Source: Lingula anatina
Lineage: Eukaryota > Animalia > Brachiopoda
Direction of reading: 5' to 3'
Assembly: GCA_051362555.1 (NCBI GenBank)
Contig: CM120646.1
Coordinates: forward strand, 2,852,001-2,916,000
DNA length: 64,000 nt
Shown here piece after piece: positions 25,641 to 37,028 of this stretch. Below the pieces are notes generated by a model. That model searched no databases. It saw nothing but the letters and a program-made list of their open reading frames with translations, and was not told the origin of the DNA. The first letter of the stretch is position 1. Every line of letters starts with the position of its first letter. The position numbers were made by a program, and so were the translations under genes.

Positions 25641-28600
25641 TTAAAGACAATTTTTAGGAAAAGACAAACAGACTGGAAAGTGATCACCAAAATAAGTGGG
25701 CAAAACTATAATTTTAAGATCTGCATGATCAAAGTTTGTGAAGACGAGATCTAAGGCCGAGTCATAAATGGTAGTTGGAGTTGTGACATGTTGTCTAAAC
25801 ATACGGTCTTGGCACATCATTTTTCTGAGAGCATTTACGTTGTTTTCATGGAGCCAGTTGACATTAAAGTCACCTATAATAACACATTTGTCTGTCTTAT
25901 CAATAGTGTCAAGAATATTTCTCAAAGCCTCAAGAAGAACCTGCATTTTACCATGAGGAGGTCGGTAAATTGTGACAAGAACAAAGTCAGGAAACTGATC
26001 TAATCGTGTGACAGTAATCTCAATTCCAGAAAAGTTGTAATTTTTTGGAAAATTCTCTGCATACCTATGGTGACTGTAGATAGCAGTACCATGCTGTCTA
26101 TGAAGAGAACTATCATTTCTGTGAAGATATTTATCTTTTAACTGGTATTTTGTATTTAGGTCTTTAATTGCAAATCTGGTCTCTGTGAAAGCACATACAT
26201 CTGCTTTCGCTACATCAAAATTCTTTCTGATATCATCAATGTATTTGTGAAGAGAACAGCAATTCCAATGGATTATTTTGAAGTGGTCATCTGGTTGTTC
26301 ATATAGAAATGATATTGATTTTACAAGTTGTGCTTCTAGCCTTAAACGTTTCATTTCTTGTTTAACTTTGTCAGATATGCATATTTTACTGGCATTTAAT
26401 TCCAAAATATGCAATCCTTCTAATTTTTCTACACGACTAAGTGCAACATAATGCATGTGTTCATTTTTTCTGCCACTGAGATCTACAACTAATTCTTTCA
26501 GTGTGTCCCCTTGGCATCTGTGTATAGTTTTTGCAGCAGACAACTGCAGTGGGAATTGTTTTCTTACGACTTGATACTGTCCTGTTTTTCCCAGGTGAAA
26601 TTGTCTTTTAACAGGAAAGATAGGTGTCCATGTTTTTGAAATGTTACTATTATATAATGGTTTGTTCATTCTTCTGGCATTTTTGCCAATGTCCTCTGCA
26701 TCAAATTGTACCCAAATTAATTGTCTGTCTAAATCTACCAGTTTCACAACATTTGGTGCACCATTAGTAATGCCATCTTCTGTGTCAACATTTAAGACAA
26801 CTTCAGTTCTTTCTCCAACTGCAATATGCAGAATCCTTCGTAAATTCATGGTTTTTTTATGATCCAATGGAATTTGCTTTCTGATGTTGTTTTCTAAATG
26901 TTTTGGTACAGGCCCAGTGATGGTATCAGTGGCTGCAATTTGAAATTTTTCTCCTTTCGCATTTTGAAAACTAGCATGATTGAAATTTTCTACCAGTGCA
27001 TTTGTTTGGAAAACATGTAGTAATGGTTGTTGGCTAGTTTTTGATTCATGAAGTTGACGTTCACTGAGAACTTTTATGTCTTTGTCTGTGTGATGTCCTT
27101 CTCTAAGCCTATTTAAAATTTCTGCAAACTCTTTACTGTCTTTTTGACGCATGATTTGGGTCAGTTCATACATGTGAAAATGTTTCTGCCACAAATTAGT
27201 AGCTAATGGATAATAGTCATTGTTTGGATTTTCAAATATCCAGTTATCAAACACAGGCTTCAGTTGAAATAGGTCACCTATAGCCACAATGCTAACACCT
27301 CCAAATAATCTGTCATTGTTTTTTAGTTCTTTTAACCGTTCATTGATGAAACTTAACATTTTACTCCCAACCATTGAAACTTCATCAATAAAGAGAACTT
27401 TAAGTGATCCAAGTTTGTATCTGAAACTGTTTAACACATCAGCACTGAGTCTTTTATATTTGAGACTTTGATTTGCAGGAATTTTCAGTAAACTGTGAAT
27501 TGTGTGGCCACCAATATTATAAGCGGCTTTACCTGTAGGAGCAACCAAAGCAACTCTTATTGTCCGGAAGTCTTCACCAGGTAAACTTGACAAGTACTTC
27601 AAAATACCCTGATACAGAGCACGAGTCACAAATGATTTCCCCACACCAGCACCTCCAGACAGGAATATGTGAAAAGGATCAGAATTGGACTTGATTAAAT
27701 GTAAAACATGATGGAAAAACTCTAACTGTTGTCTGTTCATATTCCTAATCATTTTATAGTAACTGATATCAGGTATTTCTTTATTAACAATTTCTTCTTC
27801 AGTGCAACTTTTGGCAGATACATGAATACCCAAATCTTCTGCTAAATCATAGGACAGACCAACAGAAGATTGTACCACATCACTCGGTTCACATTGATCA
27901 ACTTCATTTTGACATTCAGTATTTGGTGCAACAGTGGCCCACATATCTTCATCCTCACTATCCATGTTATTTAGATCTTCCATTGCTCTGTGCAATTCAT
28001 CTTTAGCTGGAGAATACAGTCTCTGTTGTTCCAAAATTTCATTTTGTAAATGTTGACATCTTTGTTCATAACTTTCAAAATTTTGCAAAATGTCAGATTC
28101 TTCATTTCTCCATGGAATATACAACATCAATAGCTCACGGTAATGCTTTTCGGGATATAAACTCTCACTGAACCAAACACTGCGAATAATTTTTGCTTTT
28201 TTTCGTTTAATAATGTCTGTTTCACATGGAATATCATGAATATCATCCTCAAAATTTTCAAGGTCATGCTTTTCCAATGGCATACCATCTGTATCTAATA
28301 TTCTAGAAGATCTTTTTTTGCCTCCGCCAATAATGTTCAAATTGTTGTCATAATATGCAGCAAAATCTGCAAGGGAAACTTTGTCCAAGGAAGGTAGGCG
28401 CCTGCTATAACGTTTCAAAAGATTGCTGGACTCAATATTGTCAGATTCATCTTCTAATTCTTTTATTTCTTCCAGTGGCTTAAGTAATCGTACTCTGTCT
28501 TCAGGGGGTGTAGTGTTAATGAATACAAATGATCGAGATGCTCTTCTCATGGGTAACTGCAAAGTGATGTAGGAAGCTTCTTGAGCAGAAATTTCAACAT

Positions 28601-31600
28601 TATTAAGAAATTTGTTTCCAATGTGACGGACTTGCTGTTTTATGTCACTGTTACCTTCTCTAGCTTCTTTGCAAGCTTGATATAGTAAATCTGACATGCC
28701 TCTTTGTCCTTTAGAAATGTAATTTACAATATATGTTGCACAAGCATATATGTCTAAAACAAACTGAATATCCATATTTGCTCTCCATGCTTGTAAACAT
28801 GACCTAGAATAATTGTTTATCCAAATTTCACAGGGAAGTCTTTTTAAGAACAAAGTATCAGTTTTGATTGTAGATCTCACTGCCAAAATGTAATCTTCTT
28901 CTGAGACTTGTACTTTATTTAAAAATTCTTTAAATGTTAGACTGACACCTGTGAAATCTTTGTCATTTATAATATTATAAATCTGTGTCCAAACTTTTGC
29001 ATATTCTTTCTTCTGTGAAGTGTCTTCAAGGGGTTTCAGAATTATACTTTTTTTCATAGGAGGCTGAGGGAAATGGAATCTGCAAGATTTTTTCAAATTC
29101 TTTATGCATGTCCTTGTATGTTTGTGTGTCTGATAAGATACAAGTTCTTTCATTGGATCATCTTCATTTGGTTTGCTACAGCAAATTGTACTATCAACAA
29201 ATTGTATGATATCTTCATTAGAACTGACACCATAAATAGGTGCATTTTCTATCCAAAGCAGCATGTGAATATGTGGACTACCTCTGTGTTGAAATTCTAC
29301 ACGGTAAAAAAAATCTTGTATTTTACCTAATGGTGCTACTTTGTGGCACAAAAAGTGATGTATCAAACACTGGACTTGATAATCAAAATGCCGTGCACAA
29401 GTAATGGGATCACTCTGAATCAAGCGACATTTTTCATCCCAGCTTAGTTGTTCTAGCTCTGATTCTGAGTAATGTTTATTATCTACTAATTGACCAAGAG
29501 TCCTGAGTAAATGATTCCATTTTGTCTCAGCAGATGAAAAACTGCAGAAAAAAGTTGCTGCTCCTAGCTGACGTATCATTGCAAATAAATCTTTTTTTGC
29601 TTTCTCAAAATATGGGGGGGAACCACGTACTCCTTTTAGGAATGTATAACCTTCATCAAAATGTAAAAGTTTCTCAATTGCTCCAGACTGTTTCAAATCT
29701 CCTGCAGTGAGTTTTTTTCCACTTGTTTTATGTTTTCTTACAGCAAGAGAAGCTGACCCAATCAATCTTTTCATCTGCAGTTTTTTTGCTTTAAAAAATA
29801 TGTTGTCAACACACATTGATGCTCTTCTGTCAATGCGTCTTAATTCTGACTTGCAAATGTCACTGTAGTGTACAGGGACAAGTCTGTTTTTATTTGCAGG
29901 CCGCGCATTGCCAAGAAATATTTCAGGAAAAGCCAGTTCCTCACAGTGTTCATCTCTAAATATGCTGAGTGGATGACCTTCTTGACCAGGTGCAAAAGAG
30001 TAAATTTTCTCTCTCTCTGTGTCTTCTAAGAAGTCTCTACCTGTTAACATTGTATCTCTTATACCAGGTTTCATGTCTTCCTCATCAATTTCGTCCCAAT
30101 CTGTAATATCATTTGCCTGTACGTTTTTACTTATATCTGATTTAGCTTGTGTTACCTGCTTTGTTTGCAGCAAGTTCTTGTTTATGCTATCAGCAGACAA
30201 TGATGAGTCACATACACTCTGCACAATATCATAGTGATCTGAGTTTGTATTTTGTAGGTAAATGGCAGTGTTATGTGAATGATTGTTCAGGTCAAGAAAG
30301 TTGGCAGAATACTTCAACCATTTCCAAGAGTCACCAGGCTTGCTGTAGACATAGATGTCTGTTTGTAGTAGATGTGCTGCAGCAAGTATTTCTGTTTCAG
30401 TACCCCAAACATTTTCACTATCCATGCCTGTTCGTCTTATATAATTTGCTGAGGTACTGTCATTATCACCTAACATACCACTTGCAAAAGCATACTCAAG
30501 CTGCTTCATATGACTGACAATGTTGTTTCTAAGTATAATGTGATCATTATCATACAACATGTCAGAACCAGTGATGGCAAAAGACAAACTTCGAAAAAAA
30601 CAATTCCCATCTCCAATAACTTTCTTCAACTGCCTAGGATTTGTCAAGAGAGCATTATTACCAGTTTCAGGCCAATTGTGTAGACGCTTTAATGGTAAGT
30701 TTAGTTTCTCGGTTATTTTCTCTTGCCAGAAGGCATCTACAGGCATAAAATGAAAAGAAGTATTGTCAGTTCGTAGGTGTTGTACCTCATTTTCAGATTC
30801 ACAACATGTAGGTAATATATGTCTTTGCTGTAAGTATGATAACGCCTTTTGCAAGTGTAAAACATTTCTTACTCTGTGTCGAATTTTCTTTACAGTTCTG
30901 AAGTATCTTGAGTACCATGTTCTGCCTTGTTTTTTTCTTTTGAACAAGCCATAATAACTCAGTTTCAAATGGTTATATTTTCTTAGAATATGGTGGCGCT
31001 TATAAGCAACGACTTTTTCAATCCGTTCTCTACTAGAAGATCTGATTCTATTTATCTTCTTGCGATATCTTGATCTGCCTCTCTCTTGTGATTTGAATGC
31101 AGGTACTCCTAAAAGGTGTGGGTGTTTTGAAGAACCAGTATTTTTTCTTTCATTTTGAATAGTAGCCACAAATTTGTCAACATCAACAGATGGATCATAT
31201 TTATAAGGCTTGTCTAAAATGACATAGAATTCATCTGCAAAATCACCATCCTTATCCATAAGGTGCCCTTCTTCAGAAAATTGAATGTTTTCACAATTAG
31301 CAGGGCATTCAACACAAACAAATTCTTTCAGTAAGTTTTGTATTTGTTCCTCACTCAAGTTATTAATAGTTGTATGCTCTTTTTTTGTTTGTTCAAATGT
31401 GTCAGAGCTGCAGGGATTTTCTTCTAATTTCCATGTTGTGTCTACAGTTATTCCCTTTTCTTGATATAATTTTCCATTTTCAGTTAACCAAGCTGCAGCT
31501 TCAAGTACTTTGTTAGGTCTTACATTCTGAGCATATGCATAATTTTTAAATTTCACATTTCTTTTGAGCTGAACTTTAATTGTAGAACTATCTGCCTCAG

Positions 31601-33782
31601 TTCTTGGTAACTTTGTTACAGTGGATGTAACATCTGCTGGTATATTTACAACATTCCCTTCTAATTTGTATTGTTTTCCGCGTGGAGCTTGATGAAGCTT
31701 CATGAAAACTAACCTTGGGCTAGTTAATCTCCACTCTAAAGGTTTTAAATCCAAGAAGCTGGGTTTTTCTGGAAACGACAGGCCATTCACTATAGCGCAT
31801 GGAGGAATTTTGTTCTTTTTCAAATGAGAAGCACATGTTAAACATATCCAATTACTGTCAAATAAATCACCAGTTTCTTTGCAATGTTTAACTGCATTAT
31901 TCTCCAAATTCATGATAGACTCTGAATTTATCACAGTATGCCTGTACCAAAGTTGTTGACATATACAACATGTGTAAGTACAACCTTCAGCAACTTTTTT
32001 GTGGAATTGTTGTATTAACTGTTGAAGATTGGTATTTACTTTCTGTCTCTTATTACGTTTAGCAACTGAATCAGATTTTCTTTCGCGTTTTCTGAATTCG
32101 GGATCAGATCTTTTTAACCTTTTTTTACTTCTCTCAGTTAGTTTGTAATAAGGATCAGACCTTTTCAAGTGCTTGTGTTTCAGAATTTTGGTCTTCATAT
32201 CAGACTGAGAGCGTTTTAATCTCTGAGATTCTTGTTCACTTTTCCTATACTGTGGATCAGACCTTTTCAACTTTTTTTTGTTTTTCTCAGTTTGTTGGTA
32301 ATCAGGATTAGCCCTTTTCAACTGTTTGTGCTTTCGAATTTTGTTCCTCTCTCCTACCTGAGAACGTTTTAGTCTCTGAGATTTTTGTTCCGTTTTTCTA
32401 TACTGTGGATCAGACCTTTTCAACTGTTTGTGCTTTAGAATTTTGTTTCTCTCGCCTACCTGAGAACGTTTTAGTCTCTGAGATTTTTGTTCCATTTTTC
32501 TATACTGTGGATCAGACCTTTTCAACTGTTTGTGCTTTAGAATTTTGTTCCTCTCGCCTACCTGAGAACGTTTTAGTCTCTGAGATTCTTGTTCACTTTT
32601 TCTATACTGTGGATCAGACCTTTTCAACTTTTTTTTGTTTTTCTCAGTTTGTTGGTAATCAGGATTAGCCCTTTTTAAGTGTCTGTGTTTTTGAATTTTC
32701 CTTTTCACAGGAGACTGAGAACGTCTTATTCTTTGAGCATTTTGTTCAGCTTTCCTGTACTGTGGATCAGACCTAAGAAGTTGCATCCTGATTTTATTTT
32801 TTTCTCTTTTCAAAATATTTCTGTCAGTGTTACTGGTTCCTGTAAGTGAAGTATCCAAAAGAGTTTTACTCACTGCATCTATTTTGCTTTGTTTTTTGTC
32901 TTCTGTCCATTTTAACTGCCTCTTCATTTCATCATGTAGTCTTTTCAAATGGGGTTTGTGCAAATTTGTTTTATCAAAAACAGATGAAATAGAATCAGAG
33001 GTAATGGTATTACCAGTGTGTTTTGTTAACGGTACCTTCTTCATTGAACCAGTTTTTGAATACTGAACACTTTTTTCCAAAGGTTTGAAGGATGTTTTTA
33101 ATGTTACCATATTGGGTTCATTTTTTTGAATTTCAGAAGGAACTGATTGTTGCGATTTTTTCTTTAATTTGTGGGGTATTGTTGAGAGCTTTGGGTTGAC
33201 TGGCATGTTAGATTTTATAGACTTATCTGATGGTGAAAAATGGTCTGAATATATTGCAGATTTACTTGAATGATCTGGAGCATCAGTGGCACTCAAACTG
33301 ACAGGATAGGCTGTGTCAACTGTAGCATCTGTCTCATCTGAAGCATCTGTATAAGCTACATGAACAGTAACATCTGAAGCAATGGGAATCTCACTGTGTT
33401 TAGGAAATGCAGCATTTTCAGTGTTTTCAGTAATTGCAGTATTTTCACCGTTTTCTGTGATTTCAGTAATTTCACTGTTTTTTTCAGTAATTTGTGTAAT
33501 CTCAGTATTTTCAGTAATTTCACTGCTTTTTTCAGTAATTTCACTGCTTTTCTCAGTAATTTCACAGCTTTTCACAGTATTTTCACAGTTTTTCACAGTA
33601 TTTTCACAGTTTTTCACAGTATTTTCACAGTTTTTCACAGAGCCCACCGAGGTGGGCGTGCCTGCTAAAGCTGGCACAATAGTAGATGTGGCATCCTCAG
33701 TCACCCTCTTTCGCTTTTTCTCGATAGTTTTCTTCTGATGTGCCCTTCTTTGGGCTACGCTTTGTTTTTTCAAGCGAGGCAT
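25641..33782 (-). CDS. Helentron RepHel polyprotein (repeat array, DUF6570-like Cys region, OTU protease, HUH Rep, PIF1-family helicase, AP endonuclease), 2713 aa
   Basis: OTU IGDGNCFF...HYD (~30620-30228); Rep motif 2 VEFQHRGSPHIHMLLW (~29300-29255) and motif 3 YIVNYISK (~28733-28710); Walker A GGAGVGKS (~27656-27633), IDEVSMV, GDLFQLKPV, QFPLQLSAAKTIHRCQG, YVALSRV; EEP motifs WNCCSL, FTETR, IYRPP, GDFN, LDLVF, DHFPV (26280-25641). No stops or frameshifts. Confidence 0.96.
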   Translation of the reverse strand: MPRLKKQSVAQRRAHQKKTIEKKRKRVTEDATSTIVPALAGTPTSVGSVKNCENTVKNCENTVKNCENTVKSCEITEKSSEITEKSSEITENTEITQITEKNSEITEITENGENTAITENTENAAFPKHSEIPIASDVTVHVAYTDASDETDATVDTAYPVSLSATDAPDHSSKSAIYSDHFSPSDKSIKSNMPVNPKLSTIPHKLKKKSQQSVPSEIQKNEPNMVTLKTSFKPLEKSVQYSKTGSMKKVPLTKHTGNTITSDSISSVFDKTNLHKPHLKRLHDEMKRQLKWTEDKKQSKIDAVSKTLLDTSLTGTSNTDRNILKREKNKIRMQLLRSDPQYRKAEQNAQRIRRSQSPVKRKIQKHRHLKRANPDYQQTEKNKKKLKRSDPQYRKSEQESQRLKRSQVGERNKILKHKQLKRSDPQYRKMEQKSQRLKRSQVGERNKILKHKQLKRSDPQYRKTEQKSQRLKRSQVGERNKIRKHKQLKRANPDYQQTEKNKKKLKRSDPQYRKSEQESQRLKRSQSDMKTKILKHKHLKRSDPYYKLTERSKKRLKRSDPEFRKRERKSDSVAKRNKRQKVNTNLQQLIQQFHKKVAEGCTYTCCICQQLWYRHTVINSESIMNLENNAVKHCKETGDLFDSNWICLTCASHLKKNKIPPCAIVNGLSFPEKPSFLDLKPLEWRLTSPRLVFMKLHQAPRGKQYKLEGNVVNIPADVTSTVTKLPRTEADSSTIKVQLKRNVKFKNYAYAQNVRPNKVLEAAAWLTENGKLYQEKGITVDTTWKLEENPCSSDTFEQTKKEHTTINNLSEEQIQNLLKEFVCVECPANCENIQFSEEGHLMDKDGDFADEFYVILDKPYKYDPSVDVDKFVATIQNERKNTGSSKHPHLLGVPAFKSQERGRSRYRKKINRIRSSSRERIEKVVAYKRHHILRKYNHLKLSYYGLFKRKKQGRTWYSRYFRTVKKIRHRVRNVLHLQKALSYLQQRHILPTCCESENEVQHLRTDNTSFHFMPVDAFWQEKITEKLNLPLKRLHNWPETGNNALLTNPRQLKKVIGDGNCFFRSLSFAITGSDMLYDNDHIILRNNIVSHMKQLEYAFASGMLGDNDSTSANYIRRTGMDSENVWGTETEILAAAHLLQTDIYVYSKPGDSWKWLKYSANFLDLNNHSHNTAIYLQNTNSDHYDIVQSVCDSSLSADSINKNLLQTKQVTQAKSDISKNVQANDITDWDEIDEEDMKPGIRDTMLTGRDFLEDTEREKIYSFAPGQEGHPLSIFRDEHCEELAFPEIFLGNARPANKNRLVPVHYSDICKSELRRIDRRASMCVDNIFFKAKKLQMKRLIGSASLAVRKHKTSGKKLTAGDLKQSGAIEKLLHFDEGYTFLKGVRGSPPYFEKAKKDLFAMIRQLGAATFFCSFSSAETKWNHLLRTLGQLVDNKHYSESELEQLSWDEKCRLIQSDPITCARHFDYQVQCLIHHFLCHKVAPLGKIQDFFYRVEFQHRGSPHIHMLLWIENAPIYGVSSNEDIIQFVDSTICCSKPNEDDPMKELVSYQTHKHTRTCIKNLKKSCRFHFPQPPMKKSIILKPLEDTSQKKEYAKVWTQIYNIINDKDFTGVSLTFKEFLNKVQVSEEDYILAVRSTIKTDTLFLKRLPCEIWINNYSRSCLQAWRANMDIQFVLDIYACATYIVNYISKGQRGMSDLLYQACKEAREGNSDIKQQVRHIGNKFLNNVEISAQEASYITLQLPMRRASRSFVFINTTPPEDRVRLLKPLEEIKELEDESDNIESSNLLKRYSRRLPSLDKVSLADFAAYYDNNLNIIGGGKKRSSRILDTDGMPLEKHDLENFEDDIHDIPCETDIIKRKKAKIIRSVWFSESLYPEKHYRELLMLYIPWRNEESDILQNFESYEQRCQHLQNEILEQQRLYSPAKDELHRAMEDLNNMDSEDEDMWATVAPNTECQNEVDQCEPSDVVQSSVGLSYDLAEDLGIHVSAKSCTEEEIVNKEIPDISYYKMIRNMNRQQLEFFHHVLHLIKSNSDPFHIFLSGGAGVGKSFVTRALYQGILKYLSSLPGEDFRTIRVALVAPTGKAAYNIGGHTIHSLLKIPANQSLKYKRLSADVLNSFRYKLGSLKVLFIDEVSMVGSKMLSFINERLKELKNNDRLFGGVSIVAIGDLFQLKPVFDNWIFENPNNDYYPLATNLWQKHFHMYELTQIMRQKDSKEFAEILNRLREGHHTDKDIKVLSERQLHESKTSQQPLLHVFQTNALVENFNHASFQNAKGEKFQIAATDTITGPVPKHLENNIRKQIPLDHKKTMNLRRILHIAVGERTEVVLNVDTEDGITNGAPNVVKLVDLDRQLIWVQFDAEDIGKNARRMNKPLYNSNISKTWTPIFPVKRQFHLGKTGQYQVVRKQFPLQLSAAKTIHRCQGDTLKELVVDLSGRKNEHMHYVALSRVEKLEGLHILELNASKICISDKVKQEMKRLRLEAQLVKSISFLYEQPDDHFKIIHWNCCSLHKYIDDIRKNFDVAKADVCAFTETRFAIKDLNTKYQLKDKYLHRNDSSLHRQHGTAIYSHHRYAENFPKNYNFSGIEITVTRLDQFPDFVLVTIYRPPHGKMQVLLEALRNILDTIDKTDKCVIIGDFNVNWLHENNVNALRKMMCQDRMFRQHVTTPTTIYDSALDLVFTNFDHADLKIIVLPTYFGDHFPVCLSFPKNCL
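32067..32780 (-). repeat. Coding array of 14 x 51-bp (17-aa) basic repeats in the RepHel N-terminus
   Basis: Units LKRSDPQYRKxEQxSQR / LKRSQVGERNKILKHKQ / LKRANPDYQQTEKNKKK. Confidence 0.9.
33410..33640 (-). repeat. Coding 21-bp (7-aa) minisatellite
   Basis: VKNCENT x3 grading into EKSSEIT units. Confidence 0.85.
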
Positions 33783-34510
33783 CTAGAAATATAAAAATAT
33801 ATATATTATATATATTGGCTAAAAGTTATATATATCCATCAATATGGTTGAAAGGGGCAAACTATAATAGAAATTGAGAGAGTTGTAAACAGTTTCTTTT
33901 GAGTGCAACTGCTTCATAAGAGGCTCTTAACAAACTACCAAGACTAACAAGTGCACAAAAAATAAAACATTATCAAACAAAAACATTATTTACTGATGTG
34001 TTGATTCTGTAAATAAATGTACATATCGATGGAGTGTGGATCCCCAGTAACGCATGTAAACCAGCTCTACTACTTACTTGTATAACAGAAATGAAGTTGA
34101 CATGCCAACGGACAAAACAAATTAATCACTTCATCAACCATAAAAGAGCCTTAAACTGTATCTTATTTTAATTGGTGGTTAATTTGGACTACTTATCTAA
34201 CCTACTAATATTTATTAGTCCCATTTATATACAGCATAGAAAACAGACAGAAGACGTATTCACATATGCCTTTTGGTGTTGTTTTATATAATGCTGTTTA
34301 ATTATAACAGGGTATTCAGGACACAGACCGTGATTACTAGCTACTGCCAACGGATTTTTGGAATTTAAATTTTTAATGAGAACGATGCCTTAGATACAAT
34401 GTTTTATTCCATTTTAAATGACTCAGAATAATCTAATAGTGGATTCCTTGCAAAGCATAATATTTGCTGTGCACATCATATTCCTGTCATTACAGATTAC
34501 ACAACTACAC

Positions 34511-34548
<38 letters not shown>

Positions 34549-34551
<3 letters not shown>

Positions 34552-34723
34552 TAGAGGATCAGAGAGGCGATACTGCCTCCGAATATTGTACCACCAGCTG
34601 GAGTAAGCGCATTCGTATGGACACCCCCCAAAAAAAGGGACACCACCACCAGTCTAGTGCTTGACAAGCAGTATAAAATGCAATCAACAAGAATTCTCAA
34701 AGTATGCAAAAAAAAAAAAATAA

Positions 34724-34781
<58 letters not shown>

Positions 34782-36312
34782 CTAAAAATGGTACAATCAA
34801 AGTTCAGTTCATCGTAAATAAGTAGGTCAAAGGTCAATTTCAAGGTCACAGTATATTGCCAGAATATGACTTCCTATTCAAGTTCAATAGTAACTATGGA
34901 CCTATCTCTGCCAGTTTTGGAGATAAAAGAGAACCAAAATTTGCAAAGTTCAATAAAAGGGAACGAACATTTCGAAAGTTCAGTTCATGGTGAAAAGTAG
35001 GTCAAAGGTCAATTTTAAGATCACAGTGAATTGCCTCTAATTACTTTCTATTCAAATTCAATAGTAACTATGGGTGTATCTTTGCCATTTTTGGAGATTA
35101 AAGAGAACGAAAATTTGCAAAGTTCAGTTCATGATGAAAAGTAGGTCAAAGGTCAATTTCAAGGTCACATTTAGATTGGCAGTATATGACTTCCTATTCA
35201 AGTTCAATAGTAACTATGGACCAATCTCTGCCAGTTTTGGCGATAAAAGGGAACAAAAACTTGCTAAGTCCAGTTCATGGTGAAAAGTAGGTCAAAGGTC
35301 AATTTCAAGGTCACAGTTAAATTGCCAATATGTGACTTCCTATTCAACTTTAATAGTAACTATGGACCTATCTCTGCCAGTTTTGGAGATGTAAGGGACT
35401 TAATGTTATGATTTTGGAGTTACAATAATGTGCCATAAATTTCCTACAGAAAAAATTAATTAAAATAAAGAAAAGTTCATTTTGGTTGAAATTCTTGAAA
35501 TGGGAGGTGCTCAGAAGTTCCAGATGTCCAAATTTCATGAAATAATTTCATTTTTGACCAGAAGTTGTCTGCCTCGTCGAGTCTTATATTTTATTTTCCC
35601 GGGGTTCAAAATTTATTATCCATTACCATACAGCACATTTTGCTTTCACCACCACTATGTACTTTTTGATACAGCGTAACTCGAAAACCGTATGGAATAC
35701 AAAAAAACGGAGACCACTTCCAGTGTTGGGCTTTACATGCTCTACAAAATGCAAAAAAGAATGGGTCTCTAGCACTAACTTCCCAAATTAGAGACAGTTT
35801 TCAGTTTCGATATCTTATGGCAGCTACTCCCGTGAAAATGCACCTATTGACCCCAAATTCACAGAGATGAAAGATGACCCAAAGGGTAACACTTTCCAAT
35901 AATATTATTGGTTAAGTCTGTGTAGCTTCTGAATATCAGCGCAAATAATTTTTTTTTCGTAAAAAAATTCTTTTTTTTGAAAGTTTGGGCCCATTTGACC
36001 TTGAAATAAGGGTCAAAGGTCAAATCCAAGGCATATTTGAAATCTCCACATATGACTTTTGCTCAGCCGTCTGTAGAAATTTTTCCCATAATTCCTTCCG
36101 TAGGGTAGATAATTAGCATTTAATTTTGCCATTTTTGGACAAGGGTGCATTGCAATGAGTGCCACACCTAGACCCCAATACCGACAAAGCCCAAATTTTA
36201 CGTGGAACAAGTTGAGATTATAGGTGATCTAAATCCAAGAGGTGGGTATGGAGGCCCTTACCGTCTAGGGGGAGAAGCGGTAACGGTAACATGGCACTGG
36301 TGGTACAATAAT
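34549..36312 (-). mobile_element. Nested non-autonomous Helentron (HINE/DINE-1/pearl-like), copy 1
   Basis: Exact 14-bp subTIR pair tattgtaccaccag (34584-97) / ctggtggtacaata (36297-310); 3' hairpin gaggc-gatact-gcctc; ~146-bp internal tandem repeats; (TAA)n at the 3' flank. Confidence 0.8.
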
Positions 36313-36986
36313 AATAGCCCAGTTTCTACTTTAAGCATAAAGCGGGCTTATATTGGGTTTGGTAGTTTTATTTGTCTTAAGATGCTAAAGCTCAGTTATT
36401 AGGCAGAAATGTAAATGAAGGGCATCATGTATGCTCAGAAAAACTATTATTAAAGGTTTGTTTAGTTATTAAGGATAAATTGAAAAAGAAAAGACTTACA
36501 AGAGAAACCAACCAGTGGATACTGACATTTTATATTTCAGGTAAGTATACAACAGTATTATATTAAATAATTAAAATTGCCATAAAGGCTTGATGTTTCA
36601 AAATAACCAACCCACATATTGCCAACAATTAAGTATCTATCTATCTAAAAGTATTGCCTTGGTATGTACTAGGCTGCTAGTAGCTACCTAGATAAAGTGC
36701 ACATTGCTGGTACTTATATGATCCTGAGACTTAAATGACAAGTTTCTAAAACAATACTTACATTCTATTGCCACACTAATTATCCTGACTAGGTTCAACT
36801 GAGTGACCAAGTAACTGAGTGGCTTCAACTGTGAACTGGAAGAAATAGAATATTATATAAACTCAACTGACTATTATTTAATCTAGCACTGATGCTCTTT
36901 ACATCATAAACATAATCCTTTACTTTTCATCAGCTACACATTGTTGAGAAGAAACTATGGTTACTCAAAATATATACAGTATATAT

Positions 36987-37025
<39 letters not shown>

Positions 37026-37028
<3 letters not shown>

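Noticed and set aside
25768-33738. Short plus-strand ORFs overlapping the RepHel gene
   Set aside because: Antisense shadows of the long ORF and its repeats; no recognisable motifs.
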